Shown here: positions 20,407-30,876 of the stretch, in pieces
Layout: every line of letters begins with the position of its first letter
Numbering within the stretch: position 1 is the stretch's first letter
Source: Terriglobia bacterium
GTDB lineage: Bacteria > Acidobacteriota > Terriglobia > 20CM-2-55-15
Direction of reading: 5' to 3'
DNA length: 64,000 nt
Assembly: GCA_963664115.2 (NCBI GenBank)
Contig: CAXWPJ010000009.1
Location: 1-64,000 of the forward strand
Made by a program: the position numbers and the translations under genes
The notes under the pieces: model-generated
Told to the model about the DNA's origin: nothing
Database searches by the model: none
What the model saw: only the letters and a program-made list of their open reading frames with translations

Positions 20407-21564
20407 CTAACCAAATAGCCGCTTCGAAGCGAGATCGGCCCCTTCACGGAGCGTCTTGAGCTTGAGCCACACCGAGGGTTCAATCACCCACTCGCGATTT
20501 GTAAAAGTTCCAAAGCCGCAATCGGTGCTGGCGATGATCCGCTCACGATCCCCGACGACGCCCACAGCCTCCTCAAGCCGACGTGCGACAACTTCGGGGT
20601 GTTCCACAATGTTGGTCGTGGTGTTGATAACGCCGGGAATCAGCACCATGAGGTCCGGCAGTGGATTCCGCCGGATTGCCTGGTACTCGTGCTGGTGCCT
20701 GGGATTCGCAAGCTCGATGCTCAGGGCTCCCACATTTGCCTGATAGAGAACCGGCAGCAACAGATCCAGGGCAACGTCGAATATGTGCGGTCCGTCCCAA
20801 TTTCCCCAGCAGCAATGGAGACGCACCCTATCGGGTGGAATGCCCTCCAGACCCTTGTTCAATGCCGCGACGTTCAGCTCCACAGCTTTCACGAAGTCCG
20901 CATCGTTCAAGTCGCGAAAGAACATGGCACGGTCCATCGCCAGATCAGGCGCGTCAATCTGCAGGACCAACCCCGCCTTGTGGATCGCCTGATATTCATG
21001 CCGCATTTCCCGTGCGATGGCGTCCAGATAGGCCTCCTGCGAGTTGTAATAAGCGTTGAGCATGGTCGAGGAGATAATGCCGGGTGATGGTGCAGTCATG
21101 AAGCACTCTTCAAAGCGGCCCGCCGTCTTCGCCGTCTCCAGAACTCGACCGATTTCCTGATTGATTGCCGCCGTGTCCAGGTACTTCAGCTCGCCTTGAG
21201 CTTCAGGCGCGTTCTGCATCTTGCTGCGCTTTGGAAAGCGCCTCATCAGCGTCTCGCCCAATTCCGGAAATTCCGTATAGTCGAGTCCTGGACGCCGGTT
21301 GGATTCGCCGGCAAAACCCGACATGCGCCCGGGCACGTAAGTCTGAAAGCCGACACGCTGCTGCTCGCCGTCGTTACCGATGTCGATTCCTGCTTCGGCC
21401 TGCTTTTCGACAATACGGCGAACCCCACGATCCATTTCCTCCGCGAGACGCTCGGGATCGACGTCTTCACCGGCCTCGCGTTGGAGCAGAAGGTCCGATA
21501 AGGTCTCGCTGCGGGGAAGGCTTCCGACGTGGGTGGTAAGAATCCGATCGCGGCTAATCTTCAT
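20407..21564 (-). CDS. Cobalamin-independent methionine synthase II family protein
   Basis: TTHVGSLPR, LQIDAPDL, HCCWGN, IELAN, PGVI, STDCGF. Confidence 0.88.
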   Translation of the reverse strand: MKISRDRILTTHVGSLPRSETLSDLLLQREAGEDVDPERLAEEMDRGVRRIVEKQAEAGIDIGNDGEQQRVGFQTYVPGRMSGFAGESNRRPGLDYTEFPELGETLMRRFPKRSKMQNAPEAQGELKYLDTAAINQEIGRVLETAKTAGRFEECFMTAPSPGIISSTMLNAYYNSQEAYLDAIAREMRHEYQAIHKAGLVLQIDAPDLAMDRAMFFRDLNDADFVKAVELNVAALNKGLEGIPPDRVRLHCCWGNWDGPHIFDVALDLLLPVLYQANVGALSIELANPRHQHEYQAIRRNPLPDLMVLIPGVINTTTNIVEHPEVVARRLEEAVGVVGDRERIIASTDCGFGTFTNREWVIEPSVWLKLKTLREGADLASKRLFG

Positions 21565-22072
21565 GTGTACTCGGATTAAATTCCGGCGGCAGCGACACTC
21601 TACGACCTTGCCGCGCATTCAGTAACAATTGAGAAGAACCAACTGCCGGAATCAGTTTGCGGTGCCCGCCTCGCCAGCCATGCAGTATTCCTTGAGTGCC
21701 GGCAAGCGCTGGGCGAGCGCAGTCTACCACCTGAGCAAGGAATGAATCCACTTGAGAACATTCCCGTGGTCGCGGGACAACCTGTAAGCCTCAGATGCAG
21801 AATTCGCAGCCTTTAGCTGAATCGAGATTTCTAAGGTATGAGGGGTGGAGGGGCTTAGCGGGAAGGTTAATTGCAATTCCGGAAACAGGACTCGAAGCTC
21901 CTCGGAGTTTCCCCCAATAAATCCTTAATCCGAGTTAAACAAAGCTAACCGAACCGTTGGATCTATCGGGGGATTCCGCTTCACGTTCCCCATTTTCAAC
22001 GTGCCTGATTGCCGGCCTGCTTGTGTGCCGATCAATTCCCCGACTATGTATGACGCAGGGTCGCCTGCGCCC

Positions 22073-22900
22073 CTATCCGATAACTTTCAGGACAGATTCG
22101 GAAGACAATTCCCCGTAGGACATGGCCGCTATGCCGCTATCGGTCAGGATGCGGTTTTTCGTCAGTTCGGCGATCGCCTCAGCAATGTCGGCATCTCGAA
22201 TTCGAGATTCGGAAGCTTGTAAACTGGCCGAAACCCGCCGGGATTGAGACGCGGCGTAACTCAAGCGGTTCATCGCGGCTCCCGTTCGGGCCTGAACCGT
22301 ACCGAGAGTTCCCGATGCATCCTGAAGCTTCGAGATTGCCGCCGCAGCGCCGTCCTGACTCAGGATGTCCTGGGTGTCGAGACCCAGTCCTTGCGTGTCT
22401 ACACTGTCATTCGCAGCGATAGCAACGTAGCTGACGCTATCGGAGGTATTGGTTTGCGTGTTGCCGACGAAGACTTTGCGAACGTCCAGATTCGCCCCGC
22501 CGGTCTCCAGATCTGCCGCAGAGGCGGTCCTCGAAATTTCAGCCATGACAGACTGAAACTCCTCATTCAGGATCGCCCGGTCACCGGTGAAGGTGTCTGA
22601 TGCAGCCTGAGCCGCCAGTGTCGTCGCGCGATCCATTAACGATGAAATGTTGTTTAGGGCTCCATCCTCAATCTGCAGTTGGCTGCCCGCGTCGTTCGCG
22701 TTCCGGACCCCGACGGTATGAGTCGTGTTGTCCAATCGATACCGGTTGGCCCTGGCCAGGCCCGCCGCATCGTCCGCTGAACTGTTGATGCGCGATCCTG
22801 AAGTCAACTGATGCAGCGCCTGTCTAACGTTGGCCTGAGCGCCGCTCAACATGGATCGAGCAGTGATGGACGAAATATTTGTTACCACTGAAAAACTCAT
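22073..22900 (-). CDS. fliC: Flagellin (275 aa, minimal)
   Basis: LTSGSRINSSADDAAGLA, RNANDA, GAAMNRL, SESRIRDADIA. Confidence 0.92.
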   Translation of the reverse strand: MSFSVVTNISSITARSMLSGAQANVRQALHQLTSGSRINSSADDAAGLARANRYRLDNTTHTVGVRNANDAGSQLQIEDGALNNISSLMDRATTLAAQAASDTFTGDRAILNEEFQSVMAEISRTASAADLETGGANLDVRKVFVGNTQTNTSDSVSYVAIAANDSVDTQGLGLDTQDILSQDGAAAAISKLQDASGTLGTVQARTGAAMNRLSYAASQSRRVSASLQASESRIRDADIAEAIAELTKNRILTDSGIAAMSYGELSSESVLKVIG

Positions 22901-22966
22901 GTGATTTTCTCCATTTACTACTTATTAAACCTGGCTGATTTCGGGGCATAGGCCCCTCAATTCCCG

Positions 22967-22994
22967 TTATCGGCCTGGCGGCCGCAGAACTTTA
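22967..22994 (-). promoter_or_regulatory. Sigma28 (FliA) promoter of flagellin
   Basis: TAAA-N16-GCCGATAA on the minus strand. Confidence 0.85.
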
Positions 22995-23193
22995 GTTCCA
23001 TTTAGGGAGAAAAACTGAGTTTCGAGAATTCAGTCCCCAGCGTTCTTCCATCAGAACGCGTGAACAGTTGAATCTTTATATGGGCAACAATTGGGAGTTG
23101 TGTTCGTGGATGGCCATCCGAATTCAGTTCCGCGGTTGGCTGAGCATATCGAGTCGTGCAGAATGGCACGATCCAACTCAGGGAGGTCATCTC

Positions 23194-24009
23194 ATGCGCA
23201 CTACTGTGTTGCTGGTTCTTTTGGGTGCGGTCGTCGGCTGCGGCCCGCCCGATGCGGACTACGGCGCCGTCTTTGACGGTTCGGCCGGGCAGTGGGTTGA
23301 CCTCACGCACGCCTTTTCAGACTCAACGATCTACTGGCCGACCGACACGGAGGGGTTTCAACTCGACGAGCTCGCCTTCGGTCCGACAGGGGGCGGCTGG
23401 TTCTATGCGGCGTACCGCTTCTCGTCGGCAGAACACGGTGGAACACATCTGGACGCACCGATCCACTTCGCCGAAGGCAAACTTACGACCGAGCAAATCC
23501 CACTCTCGGACCTCATCGGACCCGCAGCAGTCATTGACGTCTCGGCAACGGTAACCCCGGATCACCTCGTGTCTATAGGCGAGCTCACCGCGTGGGAAGA
23601 TGAAAACGGACCGATCCCTGACGGAGCCATAATTTTGATCCGCACGGGGTGGGCCGAGCGGTGGAACAACCGCACCGCGTATTTGGGCACAGACCTCACC
23701 GGCGAAGAGGCGATCGCGGAGCTCCACTTCCCCGGCATCGGCGCCGAAGCGGCACAATGGCTCGTAGACAACCGCAGGATTGTCGCCGTCGGAATCGACA
23801 CCCCCAGCATCGACCGCGGCCAGTCATCTGACTTCCGAGCGCACGTGATCTTCTACGCGGAGAACATCGCCGGCTTCGAAAATGTAGCCAGTCTCGCGGC
23901 GCTACCGGCGACGGGGAGTTACGTAGTCGCACTTCCCATGAAAATCGAAGGGGGAAGCGGTGGCCCGCTCCGGATTGTCGCGTTTGTTCCCCATGAGTCG
24001 GGGCCATGA
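23194..24009 (+). CDS. Cyclase (kynurenine formamidase-like) family lipoprotein
   Basis: Lipobox-like VVGC; EHGGTHLDAPIHF, IRTGW, GIDTPSID, ENV, GGSGGPLR. Confidence 0.88.
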   Translation: MRTTVLLVLLGAVVGCGPPDADYGAVFDGSAGQWVDLTHAFSDSTIYWPTDTEGFQLDELAFGPTGGGWFYAAYRFSSAEHGGTHLDAPIHFAEGKLTTEQIPLSDLIGPAAVIDVSATVTPDHLVSIGELTAWEDENGPIPDGAIILIRTGWAERWNNRTAYLGTDLTGEEAIAELHFPGIGAEAAQWLVDNRRIVAVGIDTPSIDRGQSSDFRAHVIFYAENIAGFENVASLAALPATGSYVVALPMKIEGGSGGPLRIVAFVPHESGP

Positions 24010-24210
24010 CCATGGACGCCTTTCATTGTCGCTTCACGGGATAGAACACGGCGTCTGGTGAGGATGTCGCAATTCACTCACATGGTGACAAGACCTGAAC
24101 TATTAGCTAAATGGGCGAGGGATCATGAATGCGCCATCTTCAGGAATTTCGCTACCTTAGAAATATAGTAAACTGAGCCATCAATGACATTCGAGAATCA
24201 GGAGGTTGCG

Positions 24211-24612
24211 ATGAAAAGGCTGTTTGTAGTTGTCATGCTGCTTGCGGGACTGTCGGTTGGGGTCGTAGAGCTGTCGGCGCATCATGGCCGTGGAAACGTC
24301 TACGGCATGGAGACACCGATCACCTTGAATGGAAAAGTCACGGAAGTGGCCTGGCGCAATCCGCACGTGTTGGTCTATATGGACGTGGAGAACGAAAGTG
24401 GCGACGTCGTTAAGTGGGCGTTCGAGAACAGCAGTGTCAATACCCTGGCCGAACAGGGCTATCACCGGAATACGCTGCGGCCCGGACAGGAAATCACCGC
24501 CATCGTGAATCCATCCAGAGCCGGTGCACCGACGGGCATTGTCCTGGCTGTGATCCTCGAAGACGGCACTGAAATCATGTCGCGACGTCGCGGGGAGAAC
24601 CCCATCGACTAG
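24211..24612 (+). CDS. DUF6152-like exported protein
   Basis: Signal peptide ending AHH; GKVTEVAWRNPH; WAFE. Confidence 0.7.
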   Translation: MKRLFVVVMLLAGLSVGVVELSAHHGRGNVYGMETPITLNGKVTEVAWRNPHVLVYMDVENESGDVVKWAFENSSVNTLAEQGYHRNTLRPGQEITAIVNPSRAGAPTGIVLAVILEDGTEIMSRRRGENPID

Positions 24613-24669
24613 TGTTCGATGGGTGAATCCGAATATGGAAGAGGGGTTACAAAGAGTAAGGAGTATCTG

Positions 24670-25516
24670 ATGCGCAACCGTTTCGCTTTCTTGACTGCTG
24701 TCGTTGTGTCCATTCTCTTTGTCTTTGCGGCGGGTCGCGCGGAAACTGTTCGCTCACCGCAGGGGGCACAATCATCCGACGGAAGCGGGGCGGCTGGGTT
24801 CGACCCGCGGGATCTCTCGGGATTCTGGCATCTCAGGGGGAGGAACGGAGGCGAAATTGGTCCTGATGTTCCAGCGTTAACGACCCTGGGACAAGCGAGG
24901 GAAAGGGAGAACGTTTCCGCCAACGAAACCGACAACCCGACGGCATCCAACGATCCCGCCTTCGAATGCAATCCTGTGGGCTTTCCGCGCATAGTCTTCG
25001 ACGCCGAACCGGTTGAGTTTACCAACACCGAAGGACGGCTACTGCAACTGTTCCAGTGGACCCGGGTCTTGCGTGAGATATGGCTGGATGGCCGGGCAGT
25101 GCCGGCGGGCGAGAACCTGGAAAATCTGGGGCCCGCCTGGTACGGACATTCGGTCGGGGAGTGGCAGGGAGACACGCTGGTTGTCACAACGGTTGGTTTG
25201 GAGGACCGTGCCTGGCTCACAGAATCTGACGGACGCCCGAAGAGCTTCTCCGCGCGAATCGAAGAACGCTACCAGCGGGTGGAGGTCGACGTGATCGAGC
25301 TTCAAATGACCGTGGTTGACCCGGTGATGTATACCGAACCATGGGGTGGGTAACACCAAGCGTTTCGAAAGGATGGCTCCGGAAAGGCACAACTATTTCG
25401 GATGGGGCGGGTTGTTCGGCGGTATTACCGAGGCTATTTGCGCACCCGTTAACGAGGTGGAAGGCTTCAACGAAGGATTTCGAGATCCGGGAGTCTACGG
25501 CGACACGAATCGTTGA
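24670..25516 (+). CDS. Exported hypothetical protein, apparent frameshift near 25345
   Basis: DLSGFW, CNPVGFPR, WYGHSVGEWQGDTLVV, DPVMYTEPW; continues in another frame to EAICAP and a stop at 25516. Confidence 0.65.
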
Positions 25517-25657
25517 TCGGGTCGTAGCGTACGACTGAAGCGCCGCCTATGATTCTTCGATGTCCAGCACCTCTTCGGGGCATTATCACCCCTTTCTCAG
25601 GTGTCCGCTATATCGGGTGAATTCCATGCCTAGAAAAAAGCCAAAAGGGAGGACTTG

Positions 25658-26410
25658 ATGCGAATCGAAATTCTGATGGTGTCGGTAGTCGTGGTGTTGG
25701 GCTTCGGCCTCAATGTTTTTGCGCAGGAACAGGAACCGGACCTGAGGCCCGGGAAGGCCTATAGCGGGACTTCACTGCTCTTCCGTGAAGACTTTCCGTC
25801 GGAGGGATTCAGGCATGCGGCGTTGACTCAAGAACGCATCGAGAACCCGGACCTTGAGCTCAAAATGTACGGACCCGGTGGCGAGTCCGGTGACGGCGAA
25901 ACGTTCGGGATCCGGCTGAGCTATGAAGAGGACCATATCTATCCCGGTGAGATGGCGAGCATGGTCTACAGCGGAGTAGCACAAGGAAGCTGGGCCGTCA
26001 TGCTGAAGGACAGGAACAACTACTTCGACCTTCGGGACACGGCCCGGATCCGCTGGCGCGTCCGGGGACGAGGACTGCACCTGCTCCGGCCTGTGGTCAA
26101 GCTGGCGGACGGAAGCATGTGGGTCTCGGACTATGTCGAGCAGTTTTCAACGTACTTCCACGAAAACGAGATCTTTCTTGTCGATATCTTTCGCTGGCGG
26201 GAGGTGGACCCCACGACCATGGCCGAAGCCCGCGCCAGAGGCGGCGAGCCGCTCTGGAGGACAGACCTCGACCTCAGTATGGTCGACGAAATCGGCTTTA
26301 CCGATCTCAGGACGGGCGCGGGCGATGGAACCCAGGGAAACACCGCCGTCGATTGGATCGCAGTGTACGGGAACCCGGTAAGTCGGACTGCCCAGCAACG
26401 CCAGCGCTAG
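25658..26410 (+). CDS. Exported hypothetical protein
   Basis: GGAGG RBS, signal peptide, long open frame. Confidence 0.7.
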   Translation: MRIEILMVSVVVVLGFGLNVFAQEQEPDLRPGKAYSGTSLLFREDFPSEGFRHAALTQERIENPDLELKMYGPGGESGDGETFGIRLSYEEDHIYPGEMASMVYSGVAQGSWAVMLKDRNNYFDLRDTARIRWRVRGRGLHLLRPVVKLADGSMWVSDYVEQFSTYFHENEIFLVDIFRWREVDPTTMAEARARGGEPLWRTDLDLSMVDEIGFTDLRTGAGDGTQGNTAVDWIAVYGNPVSRTAQQRQR

Positions 26411-26825
26411 TCGGCACACGAGTTGCATCTGTTTTCAACTTGCGGCATGTTTGGCAGGGGCGGCGGCGACTGATTTTTCGGTGCCCCTTGTCCCTGCTTC
26501 GGTGCTGAAACCAAAGAGGTTCGTTGGATCGAACGTGGAGATTTACTGCGACCGCTCTCCTCCTGTCACAAGCATTTCGTCGCCCTGGGGACGCCAACAA
26601 CAGACAAGCGCAATCAGACCCTAAACTCCGCGGACACGTTTAAACCTGCTTGATGTGGTGGGTCAGCGGACGAAGCAGTTGACGATCTCGGCAAGCGGAT
26701 GTTGCTTTTGCTTGAATCGCGATCGACTTACGGAGTGGATGGATTTGATGAGCTTGTGTCGGAAATATTCGATCAATACACCGATTTTGCAGTCAGATAT
26801 ATGTAGCGGGGATCGTAACTCGTTA

Positions 26826-26878
26826 TGCCGAAAAGAAGATTCGAACTTCCACGGGGTTGCCCCCACTAGATTCTGAGA
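26826..26878 (-). other. 3' fragment of tRNA-Leu(CAG), candidate att site
   Basis: Minus strand CTCAGAATCTAGTGGGGGCAACCCCGTGGAAGTTCGAATCTTCTTTTCGGCA: anticodon loop, long variable arm, T-arm GTTCGAATC and acceptor 3' strand; no D-arm or 5' half upstream. Confidence 0.8.
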
Positions 26879-27255
26879 CCACCCAGCGGAATGGGTGATT
26901 TCTTGATAAACCCTTAGTTTTTCAATTCATTACACGGATTCTTCGCCAACAGAAAACGTGAAAGATTGAGTCAGTTTGAGTCGCTGGGCGGGCGAGAAAC
27001 GGGAGGCGAAGTTTCAAGCGAGAGACTGGAGCAATCGAATCCGCGACGTCCAGTTTGGAAAATAAACCCTCATTCGTAAACCGATTATTTAGCGTCGATG
27101 GCTTCTGTTTTTGGCACCGGGATCGATGTCTTTCCGGACTTCTTCCTCCTAATTATGGAGCACGAACGGCGCACAGTACGAAATGCCAAACATATGTTCG
27201 GCTAATTAACTTGCCAAGCCCCCCTCATCGTCGTCTAGAATTCAAAGAGGTATTA

Positions 27256-28065
27256 ATGGCCAGCACATCAAAGATCGAATGGACCGATGCAACTTGGAAC
27301 CCCGTTCGTGGATGCATCAAGATCAGTCCTGGATGCAAGCACTGTTATGCAGAGACGTTCGCAGAACGCTTCCGGGGCGTCCCCGGACACGCGTATGAAC
27401 AGGGGTTCGATCTCAGGTTCGTTCCCGAGAAACTATTGGAGCCCCTGAGATGGACTTCTTCGAAGACAGTGTTCGTGAACTCGATGAGTGATTTATTTCA
27501 GGACGGCGTACCAGACGACTACATCGAATCTGTAATTGAGGTAATGAAACTCGCCAATTGGCACACCTACCAGGTGCTGACAAAACGATCAGGTCGAATG
27601 CGAGATTTCCTGAACAGCGATCGTTTCGATTCAAGAGGGTCCGATCACATCTGGTGGGGCGTAAGCGTGGAAGACAGAGAATTCGGATTGCCCCGCATAG
27701 ACGAACTCCGAGAGCTGAGCGTGGGCATCCGATTTTTGTCGATCGAACCGCTTCTTGCAGATCTTGGATCAATCGATCTAAGCAAGATCGATTGGGTGAT
27801 AGTGGGCGGTGAGAGTGGTGCCGGTGCACGTACGATGAAAAGGGATTGGGTAGAATCGATTCGGAAGCAGTGCGAGCGGGACGGTGTCCCGTTTTTTTTC
27901 AAGCAATGGGGCGGTTTCCAGAAAGCCAAAAACGGCCGTGAATTGAATGGACGGACGGACGACGAACTCCCTGAGCGACGACTTAGTCCGTTTCCAGATG
28001 CAGCCTCGAGACGACGATTGATCAACGACTTTGCGCAGGTCGCGTCAAACGTCGTTGGATTATGA
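27256..28065 (+). CDS. DUF5131 (phage Gp37/Gp68) radical-SAM-like protein
   Basis: SKIEWTDATWNPVRGCIKISPGCKHCYA, FVNSMSDLF, LTKR, WVIVGGESG, FFFKQWG. Confidence 0.92.
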   Translation: MASTSKIEWTDATWNPVRGCIKISPGCKHCYAETFAERFRGVPGHAYEQGFDLRFVPEKLLEPLRWTSSKTVFVNSMSDLFQDGVPDDYIESVIEVMKLANWHTYQVLTKRSGRMRDFLNSDRFDSRGSDHIWWGVSVEDREFGLPRIDELRELSVGIRFLSIEPLLADLGSIDLSKIDWVIVGGESGAGARTMKRDWVESIRKQCERDGVPFFFKQWGGFQKAKNGRELNGRTDDELPERRLSPFPDAASRRRLINDFAQVASNVVGL

Positions 28066-28142
28066 GAACGGCAGAGTTGTGGTGAGTTCACGGTCGTCTA
28101 TGGCTAGCCCATCAGGGGTTTCAGTTTTCTGGAAAGTCACAA

Positions 28143-29144
28143 ATGACCGAATACGGCACTCATCCTGACGAGATCCAGCCTTTTTTTCAAGCGAAGCGGC
28201 GCTGGTCAAAAGTCAAAGACAAGATCATTGGTGACTACGTCACCTCTTACCTAAAGATCATCACGCGTCGAGGGCGTCCAATCATCATCGTCGACGCGTT
28301 CGCCGGCCCTGGACGATTCGGCGACGGATCTGCTGGATCACCTCTCATTATTTGCAAGGCAATCAGAGAGGCAACAACCCGAGCCGACGTTGGGATCGGC
28401 TGTCTCTTTGCGGATGTCCATCCGGCTCACCGACGAGCGTTGCGCGAAAACTTGTCCGAGTACATCCGGGACGGCATCGCGGAGAACCCACTCTCAACTT
28501 TTTCTGAAGTTCTCACGCGTGCACTACAGATAGGCTCAGGATCCACGCTGTTTTTTTACCTAGACCCCTTCGGAATTAAGGACCTTGGCTTCAATACTGT
28601 CCGGCAGATCTACGAGAGAAACAAGCAGCAAAGCACGGAACTTCTGATCAATTTCAGTTTCCGAACATTCATGCGAATGAGCGGAAATTGGGGCTATAAC
28701 GACACGGCATCGGAAGTTACCGAAAAGGTTCGCAGCGGAAAGATCGAAACCGTGAACAGTGTGATGGGTGGTGACTACTGGCGCGACATCGTTACTGATC
28801 CAAATCTTGATAAGACTCAACGGGAAGACGCGGTGGTCGACGAGTACCTAAATCAGCTTCGCACTTCTTTCAATTATACGTGTTCCATTCCCGTCGATGA
28901 TGTAGATGACAAAGATTCTATCGCGCTTCCTGGGAACGAATTGGCCAAATATCACCTGGTGTTTGGCACACGAAATCCCAAAGCGGTCGTATTGATGAAT
29001 GACATCGCTCTGAACGCACTAGGACCGTATTTCGACCAGTTCAAGTCAGGCTTGCTCTTCGACGTAACGCCAGTGCGCTATGAAAGGAATCCTGAGGCTG
29101 AGATCAAGAACGCTATCGTCCAGGCAGTCATGAAAAACCCATGA
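28143..29144 (+). CDS. tcmP: Three-Cys-motif partner protein TcmP (methyltransferase-like fold)
   Basis: WSKVK, VDAFAGPG, GSPL, FYLDPFG, ELLINF, YHLVFGT; adjacent to DUF5131. Confidence 0.82.
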   Translation: MTEYGTHPDEIQPFFQAKRRWSKVKDKIIGDYVTSYLKIITRRGRPIIIVDAFAGPGRFGDGSAGSPLIICKAIREATTRADVGIGCLFADVHPAHRRALRENLSEYIRDGIAENPLSTFSEVLTRALQIGSGSTLFFYLDPFGIKDLGFNTVRQIYERNKQQSTELLINFSFRTFMRMSGNWGYNDTASEVTEKVRSGKIETVNSVMGGDYWRDIVTDPNLDKTQREDAVVDEYLNQLRTSFNYTCSIPVDDVDDKDSIALPGNELAKYHLVFGTRNPKAVVLMNDIALNALGPYFDQFKSGLLFDVTPVRYERNPEAEIKNAIVQAVMKNP

Positions 29145-29326
29145 CACGTCAAGAGATTTATGAGGAGGTGATTCCCCTCTATTTCCTGCAACGGAAGAAG
29201 AAGGAGTATAGGGTAATGATCGAGTCGCTAGTTTTCGCTGAAAGCAGGCTTTTTCCAGATCGCAACATCACCGGATCCAAGAAGAAGCTCAACGACAAAG
29301 TTGTTCTGTCAATTGCCCCCAGCTAG
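29141..29326 (+). CDS. Small ORF, probably the wHTH C-terminus of TcmP (split or frameshifted)
   Basis: ATGA overlap after AAAAACCC; KKKEYRVMIESL resembles a TcmP tail. Confidence 0.45.
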   Translation: MTRQEIYEEVIPLYFLQRKKKEYRVMIESLVFAESRLFPDRNITGSKKKLNDKVVLSIAPS

Positions 29327-29567
29327 GACCTTCCTGATCGTCACTGAGCGCTTCGATACTAAATCATAGTTCCCTGCGTCAGGTTCCTGTTTCTTCGTTC
29401 ACGATAGGAACTGAACGAATGCAAATTCCCTCGAAGAAACTATATGACAAGAACTGAAACACAGTCATCGAACTCATGAAATCGGACCTGGCATTCGTAG
29501 TTGATCGATTTCTACTGCGCCGGCACCAAAACGCTCAGTTACCACATCCTTTCGATATAATGGAGCC

Positions 29568-30257
29568 ATGTCCCCATACACGCTTCAGCTCGTGTGCCTT
29601 GCAAATTCCTATAGGGAAGGTGGTCGATGTGTTGCGGGGAAAATCATTGGTGAGGCCGGCTATAGTGAGTGGGTTCGACCAGTTAGGCCTGATCAGGACC
29701 GATTAAACCTTCAAGACGTAATGATTGAAGGAACAAGGATTGCGGGTCTGTTAGACATCCTCCAGGTAGATTTTGTTGAACCGAAGCCTGTCGAATTTCA
29801 GACTGAGAATCATGTTATAGACACAGAGCGGCCATGGCGGCAATCGGGAACCGTCGACACCGACACTGTCGTGGATGCCATTGACGATCTCGACAAATTA
29901 TGGATAAACGGACATAGCACTGGCAACGGGATAAACGATCGCGTTCCTGCAGAAGAGGCTGCTCAGTTTAGCCATTCCCTGATGCTCATTCGGCCCGAAC
30001 AATTTGAGATCCGCGTGCAGACTGAGGGAGGAGGTATGTACCCAAGGAAGAAAAAGGTTCGGGCGGCATTCAACTTCAAAGGCGCTTCTTACATCCTCGC
30101 GATTACAGATCCATTGATTCATTCGGAATATAAACCGCGCAAGGAAGGGCGATACCCGCTTGACGGCTCGCATCATCTCGTTTGCGTAAGTCTGTCTATG
30201 CCGTTCAAAGGCGACAATTCATGTTACAAATTAGTCGCCGGTGTAATCGCGATCTGA
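29568..30257 (+). CDS. Dual OB-fold domain protein
   Basis: LVCLANS..GGRCVAG, WVRPV, QTENH, ITDP, VSLS..CYKLVAGVI. Confidence 0.7.
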   Translation: MSPYTLQLVCLANSYREGGRCVAGKIIGEAGYSEWVRPVRPDQDRLNLQDVMIEGTRIAGLLDILQVDFVEPKPVEFQTENHVIDTERPWRQSGTVDTDTVVDAIDDLDKLWINGHSTGNGINDRVPAEEAAQFSHSLMLIRPEQFEIRVQTEGGGMYPRKKKVRAAFNFKGASYILAITDPLIHSEYKPRKEGRYPLDGSHHLVCVSLSMPFKGDNSCYKLVAGVIAI

Positions 30258-30261
30258 TCCT

Positions 30262-30876
30262 ATGCAACTATTCACGATTGGCCATTCCACGCACGAAACT
30301 GAACATCTCTTAAAGCAGCTCACGAAGCATCACGTGACTGCGGTAGGGGACGTTCGGTCTTATCCTTATAGTCGAAGAGTGTCGCAGTTCAACCGCGAGA
30401 ATCTTGCCGAAGCGTTAGACCGGGACGGAATTGAGTATGTATTTCTTGGAGAAGAGCTCGGGGGGCGGAGCGCCGACTCAGAGTGCTACGTCGACGACCA
30501 AGTGTCGTATGGGCGAGTGGCGAAAAACGCACGTTTCCTTGACGGCATCCAGCGTGTATTAAAAGGCCTTCAACAGTATTCGATCGCATTGCTCTGCGCC
30601 GAAAAGGATCCGCTTTTTTGTCATAGAGCGATTCTCGTGTGTCGCCAACTTGCAAACCACGACGTCCCAATAGCGCACATCCTGGGGAACGGTTCGATTG
30701 AGACACAGAAAGAGTTAGAGCGACGCTTGCTGAGGATCTGTCACCTTGAGAAGCCGTCCATGTTTTCCACACATGAGGAGCTGCTAGAACGTGCATACGA
30801 CGTACAGGGAAAACGCATTGCCTACAGTCGCCGACCCGATGTTGGAAGTAACCCAAACGCTCAGGAACAGATCTAA
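30262..30876 (+). CDS. DUF488 family protein 1
   Basis: LFTIGHS, DVRSYPYSR, ELGG, LLCAEKDPLFCHR. Confidence 0.88.
   Translation: MQLFTIGHSTHETEHLLKQLTKHHVTAVGDVRSYPYSRRVSQFNRENLAEALDRDGIEYVFLGEELGGRSADSECYVDDQVSYGRVAKNARFLDGIQRVLKGLQQYSIALLCAEKDPLFCHRAILVCRQLANHDVPIAHILGNGSIETQKELERRLLRICHLEKPSMFSTHEELLERAYDVQGKRIAYSRRPDVGSNPNAQEQI

Noticed and set aside
26826-26878. Functional or intron-split tRNA
   Set aside because: No 5' half, D-arm or recognisable intron upstream; treated as an att-like fragment.
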